Positions 36,280-47,165 of a DNA stretch of 64,000 nucleotides are shown piece after piece (the first letter of the stretch is position 1; each line of letters starts with the position of its first letter). The notes beneath the pieces are model-generated. The model ran no database searches, was not told the DNA's origin, and saw only the letters and a program-made list of their open reading frames with translations. A program made the position numbers and the translations under genes. Source of the stretch: Vulcanimicrobiota bacterium (GTDB lineage Bacteria; Vulcanimicrobiota; Vulcanimicrobiia; Vulcanimicrobiales; Vulcanimicrobiaceae); assembly GCA_963714015.1 (NCBI GenBank), contig OY970223.1, forward strand, positions 832,001-896,000, in the 5' to 3' direction.

Positions 36280-37152
36280 TCATCTTAACGCAAACCCGGC
36301 CAGGGTCGTCACCAGGAAGACGACCGAAAATGCCATGTTCGCCGTGAACACCCGCTCGTTCAGGACGAAGACGTTGGCCGCCCGGTCGAAGAGCCGGTGC
36401 TCGTAGACCGTTAGGACGAGCACGGCGGCGACGCCGATCCAATAAACCGGGCCCGCGCCGGCGAGTACACCCGCCGCCGCAAGAAAGACTCCCATGAGCG
36501 CGTGCAGCACCATCGGTAACGACCGGCCGGTGCGCTCGCCGAACCGTGCCGGCACGGAGTTGATTCCCTGCTCGAGATCGATCGGCAGATCCATGAGGGC
36601 GTAGATCACGTCGAATCCGGCGACCCAAACGGTGACCGCCGCAAACAGCAGCACCGCCGGTACCGTAACGGTGCCGGTAATCCCGATGAAAGCTCCGAGC
36701 GGAGCGAGTGCGTCGACCGCGCCCAGTACGAAGTGCGTCATGAACGTGAAGCGCTTGCAGAGCGGATAGGCGAGCACGCCCAGCGCGGCGATCGGCAGCA
36801 GTTTGACGCAGAGCGGATTCAGCTCCCAGGCAGCGACGATAAGCAGCGCGAGCCCAATTACCATCGCCCAAAGCATGACGGCCGGCGACATCTGACCCGC
36901 TGCAAGCGCGCGGCGTGCGGTTCGTGGATTACGCGCGTCGATCTCCCGATCGAAGTACCGATTGGCGGCCATGGCTGCGGTTCGCGCACCCAGAACGGCG
37001 AGGGTAATCCAAACGAGCGCAAGGGGCGAAGGTACGCCGTGCGCGGCAAATACTGCGCCGGTATACGCGAACGGAAGCGCAAAAAGCGTGTGCTCGATGC
37101 GAATCTCTTTAAGGAAAAGGCGGGTGGTGCCCGACATCGTATTTACGCTCAC
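36280..37152 (-). CDS. mqnP: UbiA-family prenyltransferase of the futalosine menaquinone pathway
   Basis: IEHTLFALPFAY; ARTAAMAANRYFDREIDARNPRT; WVAGFDVIYALMD; coupled to a UbiD gene. Confidence 0.88.
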   Translation of the reverse strand: MSVNTMSGTTRLFLKEIRIEHTLFALPFAYTGAVFAAHGVPSPLALVWITLAVLGARTAAMAANRYFDREIDARNPRTARRALAAGQMSPAVMLWAMVIGLALLIVAAWELNPLCVKLLPIAALGVLAYPLCKRFTFMTHFVLGAVDALAPLGAFIGITGTVTVPAVLLFAAVTVWVAGFDVIYALMDLPIDLEQGINSVPARFGERTGRSLPMVLHALMGVFLAAAGVLAGAGPVYWIGVAAVLVLTVYEHRLFDRAANVFVLNERVFTANMAFSVVFLVTTLAGFALR

Positions 37153-38633
37153 GGCCCTTGCCCCGACCAGCTGTCGCTGCGAAGTGCCGAGCGCAGGCGA
37201 TCCATGCCGTATTCCTTCCAGCGCGAATCCACGAGCAATCGCGTCGCCTCATCCATTACCATGTCGGGCGGCCATTCGCGCATATAGCCTTCACTTGCGT
37301 CCTTGCGTGTTGCGTCGACGCCGATCTTCATTCCGAGCGCCGGCGTATAGGACGCGTGATCGAGATCGTCCACCGGGCCGGGCATCATGACCAGATCCCG
37401 CTGAGCATCCAAGTTGTTCAAAACGAACCAAGCGACTTCGCGCGGGTCCTGCACGTTGACGTCGCTGTCGACGATCACCAGCAGGCGCGTGAGCATCATC
37501 ATGTGACCCAGGCCCCAGAGCGCGTTCATCACTTTTTTGCCGTGCCCGGGATAGGATTTGCGGATCGAGACGATCGCCAGATTATGAAATCCGCCCTCCA
37601 CCGGCAAATTCATGTCTACGATTTCGGGGACGACCATTTGGAGCAGCGGCAGAAAAATGCGCTCCGTGGCTTTGCCGAGCCAAGCATCTTCCATCGGCGG
37701 CTTGCCGACCACCGTCGCCGGGTAAATCGGACTGCGGCGATGCGTGATGCACTGCACGTGAAACGTCGGATAGCGATCGGCCAAACTGTAGACGCCCGTG
37801 TGATCGCCGAACGGTCCTTCCACACGTAAATCCGTATTGTCGACGTAGCCTTCGAGTACGAACTCCGCATCGGCGGGAACCTTCACGTCGATCGTTTTGC
37901 AACAAACCAGTTTCACGGCCTTGCCGCGCAGCAGACCTGCGAACAGAAACTCGTCGACGACCGGCGGCAGCGGCGCCGTGGCGGCGTAGGTCAGTACGGG
38001 ATCTGCGCCGATTGCGACTGCGACGGGGATGCCGTCGCCCCATGCTCGTGCGTGCGCGCGCCCTTGTTTGTGTCGCTGCCAATGCATGGCGGTTTCCCGT
38101 TCATTGTAGACTTGCATCCGGTACATGCCGACGTTGGCGCGTCCGCCGTGCGGATCGTTTGTGATGACGAGCGGGAGCGTGATGAACGGCCCCGCGTCGA
38201 GCGGCCAAGTCGTCAGTACCGGAAGCGCGCGCAAATCGGGCTCGTGGATTACCACGTCTTGGCAGCTGCCGGCGTTCACCGTTTTTGGAATTGCCGAAGC
38301 CAGAGGCGCAAGGTTGAGCAGCTTGCCTATCCGCTCGACGGTCGTCGCGGGAATGGAGAAATCCATCAAACCGCGCAGCCGATCCGCGGCTTCGTCCAGA
38401 GTTTGCGTGCCGAAAACGCGAGCCATACGTGCGCGAGAACCGAATTGATTCGTCAGCACCGGAAAGCGCGATCCTTTGACGTTCGTAAAGAGCAGGGCGG
38501 GACCGCCGGATTTCACGACGCGGGCGGTGATCTCGCTGATCTCCAAATACGGATCGACGGCGGCGTCGATGCGATGCAGTTCGCCGGCGCGATCCAGGGC
38601 CTCGACGAAATCGCGCAGCGAATCGTAAGCCAT
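37149..38633 (-). CDS. mqnL: UbiD-family decarboxylase (menaquinone biosynthesis)
   Basis: WPLDAGPFITLP; NVGMYRMQV; MHWQRHK; EGPFGDHTG; VVGKPPMED. Confidence 0.9.
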   Translation of the reverse strand: MAYDSLRDFVEALDRAGELHRIDAAVDPYLEISEITARVVKSGGPALLFTNVKGSRFPVLTNQFGSRARMARVFGTQTLDEAADRLRGLMDFSIPATTVERIGKLLNLAPLASAIPKTVNAGSCQDVVIHEPDLRALPVLTTWPLDAGPFITLPLVITNDPHGGRANVGMYRMQVYNERETAMHWQRHKQGRAHARAWGDGIPVAVAIGADPVLTYAATAPLPPVVDEFLFAGLLRGKAVKLVCCKTIDVKVPADAEFVLEGYVDNTDLRVEGPFGDHTGVYSLADRYPTFHVQCITHRRSPIYPATVVGKPPMEDAWLGKATERIFLPLLQMVVPEIVDMNLPVEGGFHNLAIVSIRKSYPGHGKKVMNALWGLGHMMMLTRLLVIVDSDVNVQDPREVAWFVLNNLDAQRDLVMMPGPVDDLDHASYTPALGMKIGVDATRKDASEGYMREWPPDMVMDEATRLLVDSRWKEYGMDRLRSALRSDSWSGQGP

Positions 38634-38691
38634 CGCGGCCCATTTTGACACGGTTTGGAGTTGTCATGCCGGAGGCGGCGAAAGGGCCGCT

Positions 38692-39051
38692 ATGAAGATC
38701 TTTGCCCTTGCGCTGGCGCTAGCTCTGCCCGTTACCGCTCAGGGCGCCGTGACCGGCGCGCTGAACTCTGCGGTGAACGCCGTGCTGGATGCGGCCGGAA
38801 GCGCGAATACTCAGACGACAAAGGTCGTTCCGATCGTTACGGCCGCCGGCGCGCAGGCCGGATTCGCTCAGATCGTTGGGACGCAAAGGGCAGTCGAGCA
38901 TACCACGGCGGTAGTCGAGGTATCCGCGCCGTCGAGCGTCTCGATCATTGCGCTGATTCCGGTGAGCCGTATCGACGCGCAAGCCGGAACTTTCAACCGT
39001 GAATACGGCGTCGGCATAGACGCGCTCGTCAACTACAACGGAAAGGTTTAA
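38692..39051 (+). CDS. Secreted hypothetical protein
   Basis: Signal peptide; TKVVPIV..G..AQIVG and REYGVGIDAL beta-rich pattern. Confidence 0.7.
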   Translation: MKIFALALALALPVTAQGAVTGALNSAVNAVLDAAGSANTQTTKVVPIVTAAGAQAGFAQIVGTQRAVEHTTAVVEVSAPSSVSIIALIPVSRIDAQAGTFNREYGVGIDALVNYNGKV

Positions 39052-39053
39052 GC

Positions 39054-39344
39054 GTGCAGTTTTTGGCTATCATTCGCCGCCGGACCGAGCAGTTTTCCGA
39101 CGATCAGTTCGCTCCGATCTTGGAGCCCGAGGCCGAGGCGATTCGATCGCTGTACGCACAAGGGATCGTGCGAAACGTTTGGGGGCGCGAGGATGCGCTG
39201 GGCGCGGTAGTTCTTCTGGAATCGGAGTCGCTCGAGCGCGCTCAGGCGATCGTCGCGGGCTTCCCTTTGATGCAGAAGGGGATGCTGGAGCTGCAAATGC
39301 TCGTTCCGCTCAAAGGTTACAGAGGGTTCGGTCCTCGTTCATAA
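39054..39344 (+). CDS. Muconolactone delta-isomerase-like / dimeric alpha+beta barrel protein
   Basis: EAEAIRSLYAQGIVRNVW...GAVVLLESES...FPL...VPLKGYRGF. Confidence 0.7.
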   Translation: MQFLAIIRRRTEQFSDDQFAPILEPEAEAIRSLYAQGIVRNVWGREDALGAVVLLESESLERAQAIVAGFPLMQKGMLELQMLVPLKGYRGFGPRS

Positions 39345-39469
39345 AGGTGACGCAAGAGCAGCAGCTTGCATTCGGTCTCAGTTTCCGCAACACGGGACCT
39401 TCGCCTTCCCAAAACGAGATCGTGCCGCATGACGATTTCGTCTTATCACATGGAGACAATAGCGACGCT

Positions 39470-40312
39470 TTAAGCTTCGAAATTCTTCAGGATTAGCCGG
39501 TCGCGCAGGCGTTCAGGTAAAAGGGCGGCCATTCTGCGCTGCCATGCCGGAGGATTTCCCACAGTGTAGCGCGCACGCGGTTCCCTTGCAGTGAGCGCTT
39601 CATAGACGATCCGGGCGACCGTTTCAGGCGTGATTCCGGTGCGCTCTTCACGTTCGGTAACCCGCACGAGCCGCTCGATCGCCTCGCCGTAGCGTTCTAT
39701 CGCGACCCGCGGCGCCTTTGCGAGCAGATCGTCCTTACGCGCCCGACCCTTCGCCCAAATGGGTGTGTTGACGTTGCTTGGTTCAATGAGACTTACCGGA
39801 ATGGCGAACGGTGCGAGTTCCATGCGCATCGAGTCGGCGAGCGACTCGAGCGCGTGTTTGGAGGAAGCGTAGGGGCCGACGAACGGCGGCGCAATTTGCC
39901 CCGAAATCGAGCTCATGAAGACGATGCGGCCGTTGGCCTTGCGCAGCAGCGGAAGTACCGCTTGAGTTACTGCGAGCGCTCCGAAGACGTTCACCTCGAA
40001 CTGCTTCCGCAGTTCGTCCAGCGAAAGGTACTCCAGCGGTCCGGCGACGGCGATTCCGGCGTTGTTGACGACGCCTGCGAGCGGAATGTTTGCGGCGGCG
40101 ATTGCTTCCGCGGCGGCGGCGATCTGCACGGCGTTCGTAACGTCCAGCAACACCGGTTGAATATCCGCATGCGCTTGCCGCAGTTTTCCGGCATCGGCTT
40201 CGGCCCGCACGCCCGCAAAGACGGTAAAGCCTTTTTGCGCGAGCACCGTCGCGGTCGCGTAGCCTATACCCGTCGAGGCTCCCGTGATTAGTACGCTTTT
40301 TTGAGCATCCAC
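39470..40312 (-). CDS. Short-chain dehydrogenase/reductase
   Basis: TGASTGIG; NNAG; YASSK. Confidence 0.95.
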   Translation of the reverse strand: MDAQKSVLITGASTGIGYATATVLAQKGFTVFAGVRAEADAGKLRQAHADIQPVLLDVTNAVQIAAAAEAIAAANIPLAGVVNNAGIAVAGPLEYLSLDELRKQFEVNVFGALAVTQAVLPLLRKANGRIVFMSSISGQIAPPFVGPYASSKHALESLADSMRMELAPFAIPVSLIEPSNVNTPIWAKGRARKDDLLAKAPRVAIERYGEAIERLVRVTEREERTGITPETVARIVYEALTAREPRARYTVGNPPAWQRRMAALLPERLRDRLILKNFEA

Positions 40313-40429
40313 CGGTGGAGCATTGCCCGCAGCGGTTCAGGCGCCTTCCGAAGCAAGGGTCCGGCTTGAGGTTCCAGAAGCCCTTGGAACCAGACGCACT
40401 TGAGTCACTTCGGAAAGGAGATTCGGGTG

Positions 40430-40766
40430 ATGTTTCAAGGCAAAGCCTATGCGTTAATCTTTACGGGCTTATTCGCTCTTGGTACGATGCTTTCAGCGTG
40501 CGGCGGCAACGGTTCTCGGGCGCGTCAAGATCCGCCCGATCCCAAGCCGACAAAGAGTAATCCCATGCACCTTAGCCTCGCGCTGCAGCCGCAGCACACG
40601 TCAATCCTTCGTCAAGCCCTATACAATCTATTTGAATATGACGCCTCCGGCGAAAACGCCCGGCTGTTCTAAAGTGCACGGAACGATTACGTTAACGGGT
40701 AACGACGAAATCGGGGGTAGTCACAAAACTCCCCAGACCAATCTGGATTACTACGTCTGTCATTAA
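40430..40766 (+). pseudogene. Small lipoprotein, probably frameshifted near 40650-40670
   Basis: AAGGAG SD; MFQGKAYALIFTGLFALGTMLSAC lipobox; stop at 40672 with a plausible continuation KVHGTITLTG...YYVCH in another frame. Confidence 0.5.
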
Positions 40767-43462
40767 ACCTTAACGACACCGGACGGCTGCGCTTCCAAAA
40801 GTGACTCCGCAACGTTGCGCCATGAGTGTAGCTTTCGGCCAGCGGAAGCAAATTGATCGCAGGTTCGAATAGCCGTTAATTCGGGCTTGGAGGTCTCGAC
40901 GCGGTAGTGAGATGCCTGGCGAAGCTCGTCTGCAGTCGCCAAGAGTTCGGCTGCGCGCTCCGTTTCTTTCGTATAGGAGAACAATATGCCGAAGGTTTCG
41001 AGCGCCGGAATGACGAGCGACATTGTATTCTCCTGAAGCGCTAACGCAAGCGCCTCACGCGCATGCCGAAACGCCTCGTCTACTCGGCCCGAGCGAATCC
41101 GCAAAATCGCCAAATTTGCCAAAATGTCCGAAACGTCGATCGCGCTTGCGGCCCGGCGCTTTAACTCCAGCGCCTCAACGTAAAGTCTGTTCTGCCGATT
41201 CGGCGCTCCCGTGTTCCAGCTCTAAGTCGGCGTAGTGATTCAGAACCGATGCAAGATCGTCGAATCGCGAATGATTGCGGCAGAGCGCCGCGCTCTCTTC
41301 GAACAGCGTCCGTGCTTCTTCGAGGGAGCCGCGTTCGGACAGGATCGCCGCGCGATTCGTCGCGGAGACGACGACTCCATGTGGGTAGCCGCACCGGCGG
41401 AAACCGTCCAGCGCTTCGCCGTAAAGATCGAACGCTGCGTCCACGTTGCCGGTGTAGTGCTCCAGCACCGCAAGCGCGTGCAGCGCTTCGGCGGTGCCTC
41501 GCGCGTCCGAAAGTGAACGGTAAATGGTCAGCGACTCGGATGCGAGCGCACGCGCCGCATCGTAATCGTCCTGTTTCGTGGCAAATGTTGCGGCTCGCCT
41601 CAGCAGGGCTGCCTTGGACGCGGGCGTCAATGCATCACAGCCTAGCGCTCGTGCAAGCCAAGCCCGGCCTTCGCCGATTGCGCCGCGCAGCTGCCAAAAT
41701 GCGAGCATCGATATCAAGAATCGAGCCGCTCGTTCCTTATCCGGCCGGTCCCACGCCCAATTCAAAGCCGCTCGCATGTTCGGCGCTTCGCGCTCGATCT
41801 GATCCGCCGCGGGGCGGTCTTCTTCAGCGCCGCCGTGCCACCGCTGAGCCAGCGCTTCGAAAAGGACGCAGTGCCGTTCGGCCGTTTCATCGTAACTGCC
41901 GGCGGTTCGCAGCTTCTCGCCCAAAAATTGTCGAATCGGATCGAGAAAGCGATAGCGCGTTTCATCGCCGGACCGAACTGCATTGACGAGTGATTTATCG
42001 ACGAGCGAATCCAATGTCTCGGCGAAGGGCTCGTCAACGGACTGATTCCCGGCGATCGCCTGCCCCGCGGCAGCAGTAAAACCGCCCTCGAAAATGCTGA
42101 GCGGCAATACGGCGAGTCGTTGATCGTCGTCGAGCAAGCAGAAACTCCACTCAATCGTAGCGGCAAGAGTCCGTTGGCGCGGTGTCGCGGACGGATCCTT
42201 CGATGCCGGGATGGGAGCATTTGCGCGCAGCGCCGCCGCTAATTCTGCCGGCGAAAGTGACTGTGAACGCGCGGCGGCAAGCTCGATCGCGAGTGGAATG
42301 GCTTCCAACATTCGGCAAATCGCTGCGATTGCTTCTCGATCGCTACTCGAGGCAGGCGCGTTCGAGCGGTACTGCGCGCGCTGAACGAAAAGTTCTTGCG
42401 CGTCCGACGGCGGAAGCGGATCCAGGCGAACGATGCGCTCTCCCGTTAAGTGCGTCGGTTCGCGGCTGGTTAAGAGAACCGAAAGGCCGGCGCAGCTCTC
42501 CAATAAGTGAAGGACGGTTTTGGCAACTGCATCGATCAAATGCTCGGAACTATCGAGCAGCAGCAAAATCTGCTTGTGCCGTAAATGTTCGGTAAGGCTT
42601 TCAAGCAGCGTTCGGTTCGATTCTTCTTTTACGCCGAGCGTCGCCGCCGTTGCGGCAGTTACGAGCCCCGGATCTTGGATGTCTGCAAAGCGGATCAGGA
42701 AAGAGCCGTCTTCGTAGAGGGTCAACGCTTCTGCGGCCGATTGCAAGCCGAGCCTTGTTTTCCCGATACCCCCCGGGCCCGTTATCGTAACGAGCCGGTG
42801 CTCTTTGAGTGCGTCTGAAATCGTCCTTAGTTCGTCCGCGCGTCCCAAGAAGCTCGAAATTTGAGATGGAAGATTGTTCGGCCGTGAGTCAAGTGTCCGC
42901 AGTGCGGCGAAATCGGCTTGCAGATTTGGCGCCGCGAGCTGGTAGATCGTTTCGGGGTTCAGAAGATCCCGAAGACGGTGCGAGCCGAGATTGCGCAACT
43001 GCGCACCCGGCGGCAAGGTATCGCGCGCCAAAGCGGCAGCAGCGGCCGATACGAGGACCTGGCCGCCGTGGCCGGCCGCTGTAAGACGCGCGACGCGATT
43101 GAGAGTAGTGCCGGAGTACTCTCCCTGCTCGAACAGCGCATCTCCCGAGTGAATCGCCATTCGGACTCGCAGCGCGTCCAGTTCCGCAGGCCATTCCAAA
43201 GACCCGATTGCGCGCTGAGCTTCCAATGCCGCGCTGAGAGCGGCGGATGCACGCAAGAACACGCAACAGCTCTTCGTCACCCACGCGCTTGAAAACGCGT
43301 CCGCCGTTTTCCGTGACGGCGCGTTCGACGGCTTCATCCTGAAGGCGTACCGCGTCGCGCATGGCTGCGGGCGCCGACTCCCAGCGCCGCGAGTCTGCCC
43401 TCGATGTCGCTAAAGAGGAACGTTAGAACGCCGGTCGCGCCGGCATCAGTTCGATCGCTCAC
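40763..43462 (-). pseudogene. Class III nucleotide cyclase-like domain, NB-ARC/STAND ATPase and TPR protein, with three frameshifts
   Basis: GVLTFLFSDIEG, VFKRVGD, VRMAIHSG, NRVARL (cyclase); GPGGIGKT, LLLDSSEH, IPLAIELAA (STAND); TPRs. Shifts near 43395, 43270 and 41170. TGcTATACT extended -10 just upstream. Confidence 0.85.
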
Positions 43463-43591
43463 AGTTGCGGTCAGTATAGCAGACGCCGCTGGGGTTGACA
43501 TTCAAGGGTCTTTCGACGTACGAAGCCGTGCCCTAAGCCCTGCGGCAGTAAGCGCCAGGGCTGGGGATAGCACCGCCGGAGGGCAGCAGAA

Positions 43592-44740
43592 GTGAAGATC
43601 GTCGCCGTTTTCGGCCTTGTACTTTTTTTGAACGCCTGCGGCTCATCCGGTCCGGGCGAGGGTTCGTTTGACCCGCTGCAGCAGCGCGGCGACGGCACCA
43701 TTCCCGTAAAGCTCGGTGTCCCAGGCGGTGGTCCGTATCTCTATGGAACGACCTACCTCGATCCCGTGGTGAGCGTTTACAGTGAGGCTTCGAACGAATT
43801 CGTCGAACAGCTGCAGCCGGGATGTTCGCAGGCGACGCTCAATAGCGCCAAGCTCAGCCCCGACGAGTCGAAGCTTTACGTTGCCCAGTGGGGCAATGGG
43901 AATGCAGGCTGCGCGAATCAGATCACCGTGTTAGACACGGCGACGAATCAATTTGCCGCTGCTCTATCCGTGCCGCGCCGCTATACGAGGTTCTACGATT
44001 TGACGACGAACCATAGCGGCGCGGCACTCTACGCGTATTTCCTCAAAAACGACTCTCAGTACGACATCCTCGGCTTTTTCAATACGGCGTCACGTTCGCT
44101 CACTGCTACGCTGCAGATGCCTAGCTACTACTTGGATACGGCGGCCGTCCGTCCAACGAACGGATTCCTTTACGCGGCAGGCTATCGCTATGGGAGCCAG
44201 CCCAACACGTCGACGGCATACGTGGACGTTGTCGACCCCGTCATCCGTAAAATCGTCAAGAGTGTTTCCCTGGGAGGGACGACTTCCGAGGCGGCCGGCG
44301 ACGGATTCGACTCCTCCGGCGGCCATCTCTACGTTCACTACAATAATGCGTATCTCAAGAAGTACAATCCGAATGAAATTCGCATATTGAATCCGTCGAC
44401 CGGTGCGCAGGAGGGCGTCATCAACCTGCCCGATGCACTCTATGGAGTGACCGGCACGCACCCGGACATGTTGATTAGTGCTAAGAATCGTCTGTACATC
44501 AATAATGGCAATACATTGTACGTCTACGATCTGGGAACGCGCTCGAAGGCAGCGGCAATCCCAATTCCCACGACGGTTTCCGACAGCGGCATGGCCTTTG
44601 ACGCATCGCAGTCCACCATCTATTTGAGCTCGAAGCAGTACGTCTACGTTATCAGCACCGCAACCGACACGATAACCGGCAAATTCCTAACCGCCCCGAA
44701 TAACCCGCAATATACGCAGATCTGGCTGGCCGCCCAATAA
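43592..44740 (+). CDS. YncE/YVTN-like beta-propeller lipoprotein
   Basis: LNAC lipobox; LSPDESKLYVA, VLDTATNQF and VISTATDTIT blades. Confidence 0.8.
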   Translation: MKIVAVFGLVLFLNACGSSGPGEGSFDPLQQRGDGTIPVKLGVPGGGPYLYGTTYLDPVVSVYSEASNEFVEQLQPGCSQATLNSAKLSPDESKLYVAQWGNGNAGCANQITVLDTATNQFAAALSVPRRYTRFYDLTTNHSGAALYAYFLKNDSQYDILGFFNTASRSLTATLQMPSYYLDTAAVRPTNGFLYAAGYRYGSQPNTSTAYVDVVDPVIRKIVKSVSLGGTTSEAAGDGFDSSGGHLYVHYNNAYLKKYNPNEIRILNPSTGAQEGVINLPDALYGVTGTHPDMLISAKNRLYINNGNTLYVYDLGTRSKAAAIPIPTTVSDSGMAFDASQSTIYLSSKQYVYVISTATDTITGKFLTAPNNPQYTQIWLAAQ

Positions 44741-44755
44741 TCCGTGGCCGGAAAT

Positions 44756-44786
44756 AAACAGGCCCGCATTGCTGCGGGCCTGTTTT
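44756..44786. terminator. Bidirectional intrinsic terminator
   Basis: AAACAGGCCCGCA-ttgc-TGCGGGCCTGTTTT between convergent genes. Confidence 0.85.
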
Positions 44787-44794
44787 CAATGGCG

Positions 44795-47032
44795 CTATTC
44801 GCGCCGGCGCGGACGCCGCGGGCGGCGTGACTCGCCCCCGCCTGAAGGACCGTCCGAACCGCCGCCGCTGTGCGCGCGTTCGCCATGGTCGGCGCTGCCG
44901 TTGCCGGATACGCCGGCGCCTGCGAGCACCGCCTTTCGCGAGAGGTTGATGCGGCCTTGGTTGTCGATCTCCATGACCTTGACCATGATTTCGTCGCCGA
45001 CTTTGACGACGTCTTCCACCTTCTCCACGCGCGTGGGCGCGAGTTGGCTGATGTGGACCAAGCCTTCTTTGCCGGGCAGAATCTTCACGAACGCGCCGAT
45101 GTTGATGATGCGCGTGACCTCGCCCATGTAAGTCTCGCCGACCACGACGTCCTTCGTGATCGATTCCACGATGGCGCGCGCCTTCTCGGCGGATTCGCCG
45201 TCGAGCGAGGTGATGAACACCTTGCCGTCGTCCTCGATGTCGATCTTCTCGACGCCGGTGTCCTCGATGATCTTGTTGATGACCTTGCCGCCGGGCCCGA
45301 TGACGTCTTTGATCTTGGCGGGATTGATCTGCACGACAATCATCCGCGGCGCGAACTTGCTCAGTTCCTTGCGCGGCTCGGCGATCGTCTCGGCGAGCTT
45401 GTCGATGATGAAGAATCGCGACTTCTTCGCCTCGGCCATCGCCTCGCGAATGATTTGAATCGTGATCCCTTGGACTTTGATGTCCATCTGGATCGCGGTG
45501 ATGCCCTTCTTGGTGCCCGCGACCTTGAAGTCCATCTCACCCAGAGCGTCTTCCATGCCTTGGATGTCGGTGAGAATTCCGTATTTATCGCCTTTGAGAA
45601 TCAGCCCCATCGCAACGCCCGCGACGTGATCGCGGATCGGCACGCCGGCATCCATTAGCGCGAGCGTGCTTCCGCACACCGACGCCATGGACGATGAGCC
45701 GTTGGACTCCAGCACTTCGCTCATCAGACGAAGCGTATACGGAAAGTCTTCTTTCTTCGGCAGTACGGGAATGAGCGCGCGCTCAGCAAGATTGCCGTGG
45801 CCGATCTCGCGGCGGCCGGGACCGCGCATCGGGCGCGTCTCGCCGACCGAGAAGGGCGGGAAATTGTAGAAGTGCATGTAGCGCTTGTCTTCGAGCGCGA
45901 CGATGCCGTCTAAACGCTGCGCGTCGCTAATCGAGCCGAGTGTCGCAGCCGTGAAGACTTGCGTTTGTCCTCGCGTGAAAATGCCCGAACCGTGGACGCG
46001 CGGCACGTAGTGCACCTTGCACCAAATCGGACGAATCTCGTCCGGCTTGCGGCCGTCGGGACGAATCTTCTCGTCGACGACCATCGTGCGCAGCTCGTCC
46101 TCTTCCATCATCTTGATGACTTTGTTGAACTCTTTAGCCGTCGCCGGATCTTCCAGCAAAGCGCGGACGTTCTCGTCTTTTTTGCCGCAGCGCGCGATCG
46201 CTTGTTCGACGGTAATCTTGTCGAGCTCGGCTTCGCGTGCGAGCTTCTCGACGACCCGCATACCTTTGGCGACGTCGTCCTTGAACGCCTTACGCACGAA
46301 TGTTTCGAGGTCCGCATTCACTTTCTGAACCGGATATTCGCGTTTGGCTTTGCCGCATTTCTTCGCCAGCTCGTTGATCGCTTTGACGATTTTCTTGATC
46401 TCGCCGTGCGCGAACTCGACGGCGCCGAGGAAATCTTCCTCGCTGATTTCTTTTGCGCTGCCTTCGACCATCATGACGGCGTCTGCGGTTCCGGCGATGA
46501 CGATCTCCATGCCGCCGGTCTCGTACTGCGGCAGCGTCGGATTGCAGATGTAGTTGCCGTTTTCGTCGCGTCCGACGCGAACCGCGGCTACCGTTTTATC
46601 GAACGGAATATCAGAGACGGCGAGCGCCGCGCCGGCTGCGCACACGCCGATGACGTCGGCGTCGAGCTCCGGATCGATTGAAAGCACGGTCGCGACGACT
46701 TGTATGTCGTTGCGAAAACCGTCAGGGAACAGCGGACGAATCGGACGATCGATTTGACGCGAACTGAGCACCGCGTGCTCGGGCGGACGGCCTTCGCGCT
46801 TGATATAGCCGCCCGGAATCTTGCCGGCCGCGTACATCTTTTCTTCGAAGTCGCACGTTAAGGGGAAAAAGTCGATGCCTTCACGAGGTTTCTCGGAGGC
46901 GGTGACGGCGCAGAGCACGACGTTTTGGTCGCCATACCGGACTAGCGCGGAGCCATTCGCTTGCTTCGCTAGTTCGCCGGTTTCGATGACCATCGTGCGC
47001 CCGCCGATCTCAATGGATACGGACTCAGGCAC
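44795..47032 (-). CDS. pnp: Polyribonucleotide nucleotidyltransferase (PNPase)
   Basis: DFFPLTCD; RRE.GHG; ESNGSSSMASVC; DMDFK-like GEMDFKVAGT; KH and S1 domains. Confidence 0.98.
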   Translation of the reverse strand: MPESVSIEIGGRTMVIETGELAKQANGSALVRYGDQNVVLCAVTASEKPREGIDFFPLTCDFEEKMYAAGKIPGGYIKREGRPPEHAVLSSRQIDRPIRPLFPDGFRNDIQVVATVLSIDPELDADVIGVCAAGAALAVSDIPFDKTVAAVRVGRDENGNYICNPTLPQYETGGMEIVIAGTADAVMMVEGSAKEISEEDFLGAVEFAHGEIKKIVKAINELAKKCGKAKREYPVQKVNADLETFVRKAFKDDVAKGMRVVEKLAREAELDKITVEQAIARCGKKDENVRALLEDPATAKEFNKVIKMMEEDELRTMVVDEKIRPDGRKPDEIRPIWCKVHYVPRVHGSGIFTRGQTQVFTAATLGSISDAQRLDGIVALEDKRYMHFYNFPPFSVGETRPMRGPGRREIGHGNLAERALIPVLPKKEDFPYTLRLMSEVLESNGSSSMASVCGSTLALMDAGVPIRDHVAGVAMGLILKGDKYGILTDIQGMEDALGEMDFKVAGTKKGITAIQMDIKVQGITIQIIREAMAEAKKSRFFIIDKLAETIAEPRKELSKFAPRMIVVQINPAKIKDVIGPGGKVINKIIEDTGVEKIDIEDDGKVFITSLDGESAEKARAIVESITKDVVVGETYMGEVTRIINIGAFVKILPGKEGLVHISQLAPTRVEKVEDVVKVGDEIMVKVMEIDNQGRINLSRKAVLAGAGVSGNGSADHGERAHSGGGSDGPSGGGESRRPRRPRRRE

Positions 47033-47038
47033 GGAGTT

Positions 47039-47113
47039 CTCCTAGATTCTTGTACTTTTGTTCTTTAATATGAACCCGGCCGGTTCGGGGAGCCGGCGGG
47101 GATGACCTAGGAG
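47039..47113 (-). promoter_or_regulatory. pnp 5' leader stem able to occlude the SD
   Basis: Minus-strand CUCCUAGGU (47113-47105) pairs with AUCUAGGAG (47047-47039, contains the SD); inner GCCGG/CCGGC stem. Confidence 0.5.
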
Positions 47114-47165
47114 GCGGGCGCCAAAACTCTGCATTCTTAGCGCGATTCTGACGAAAGGCCGTTCC

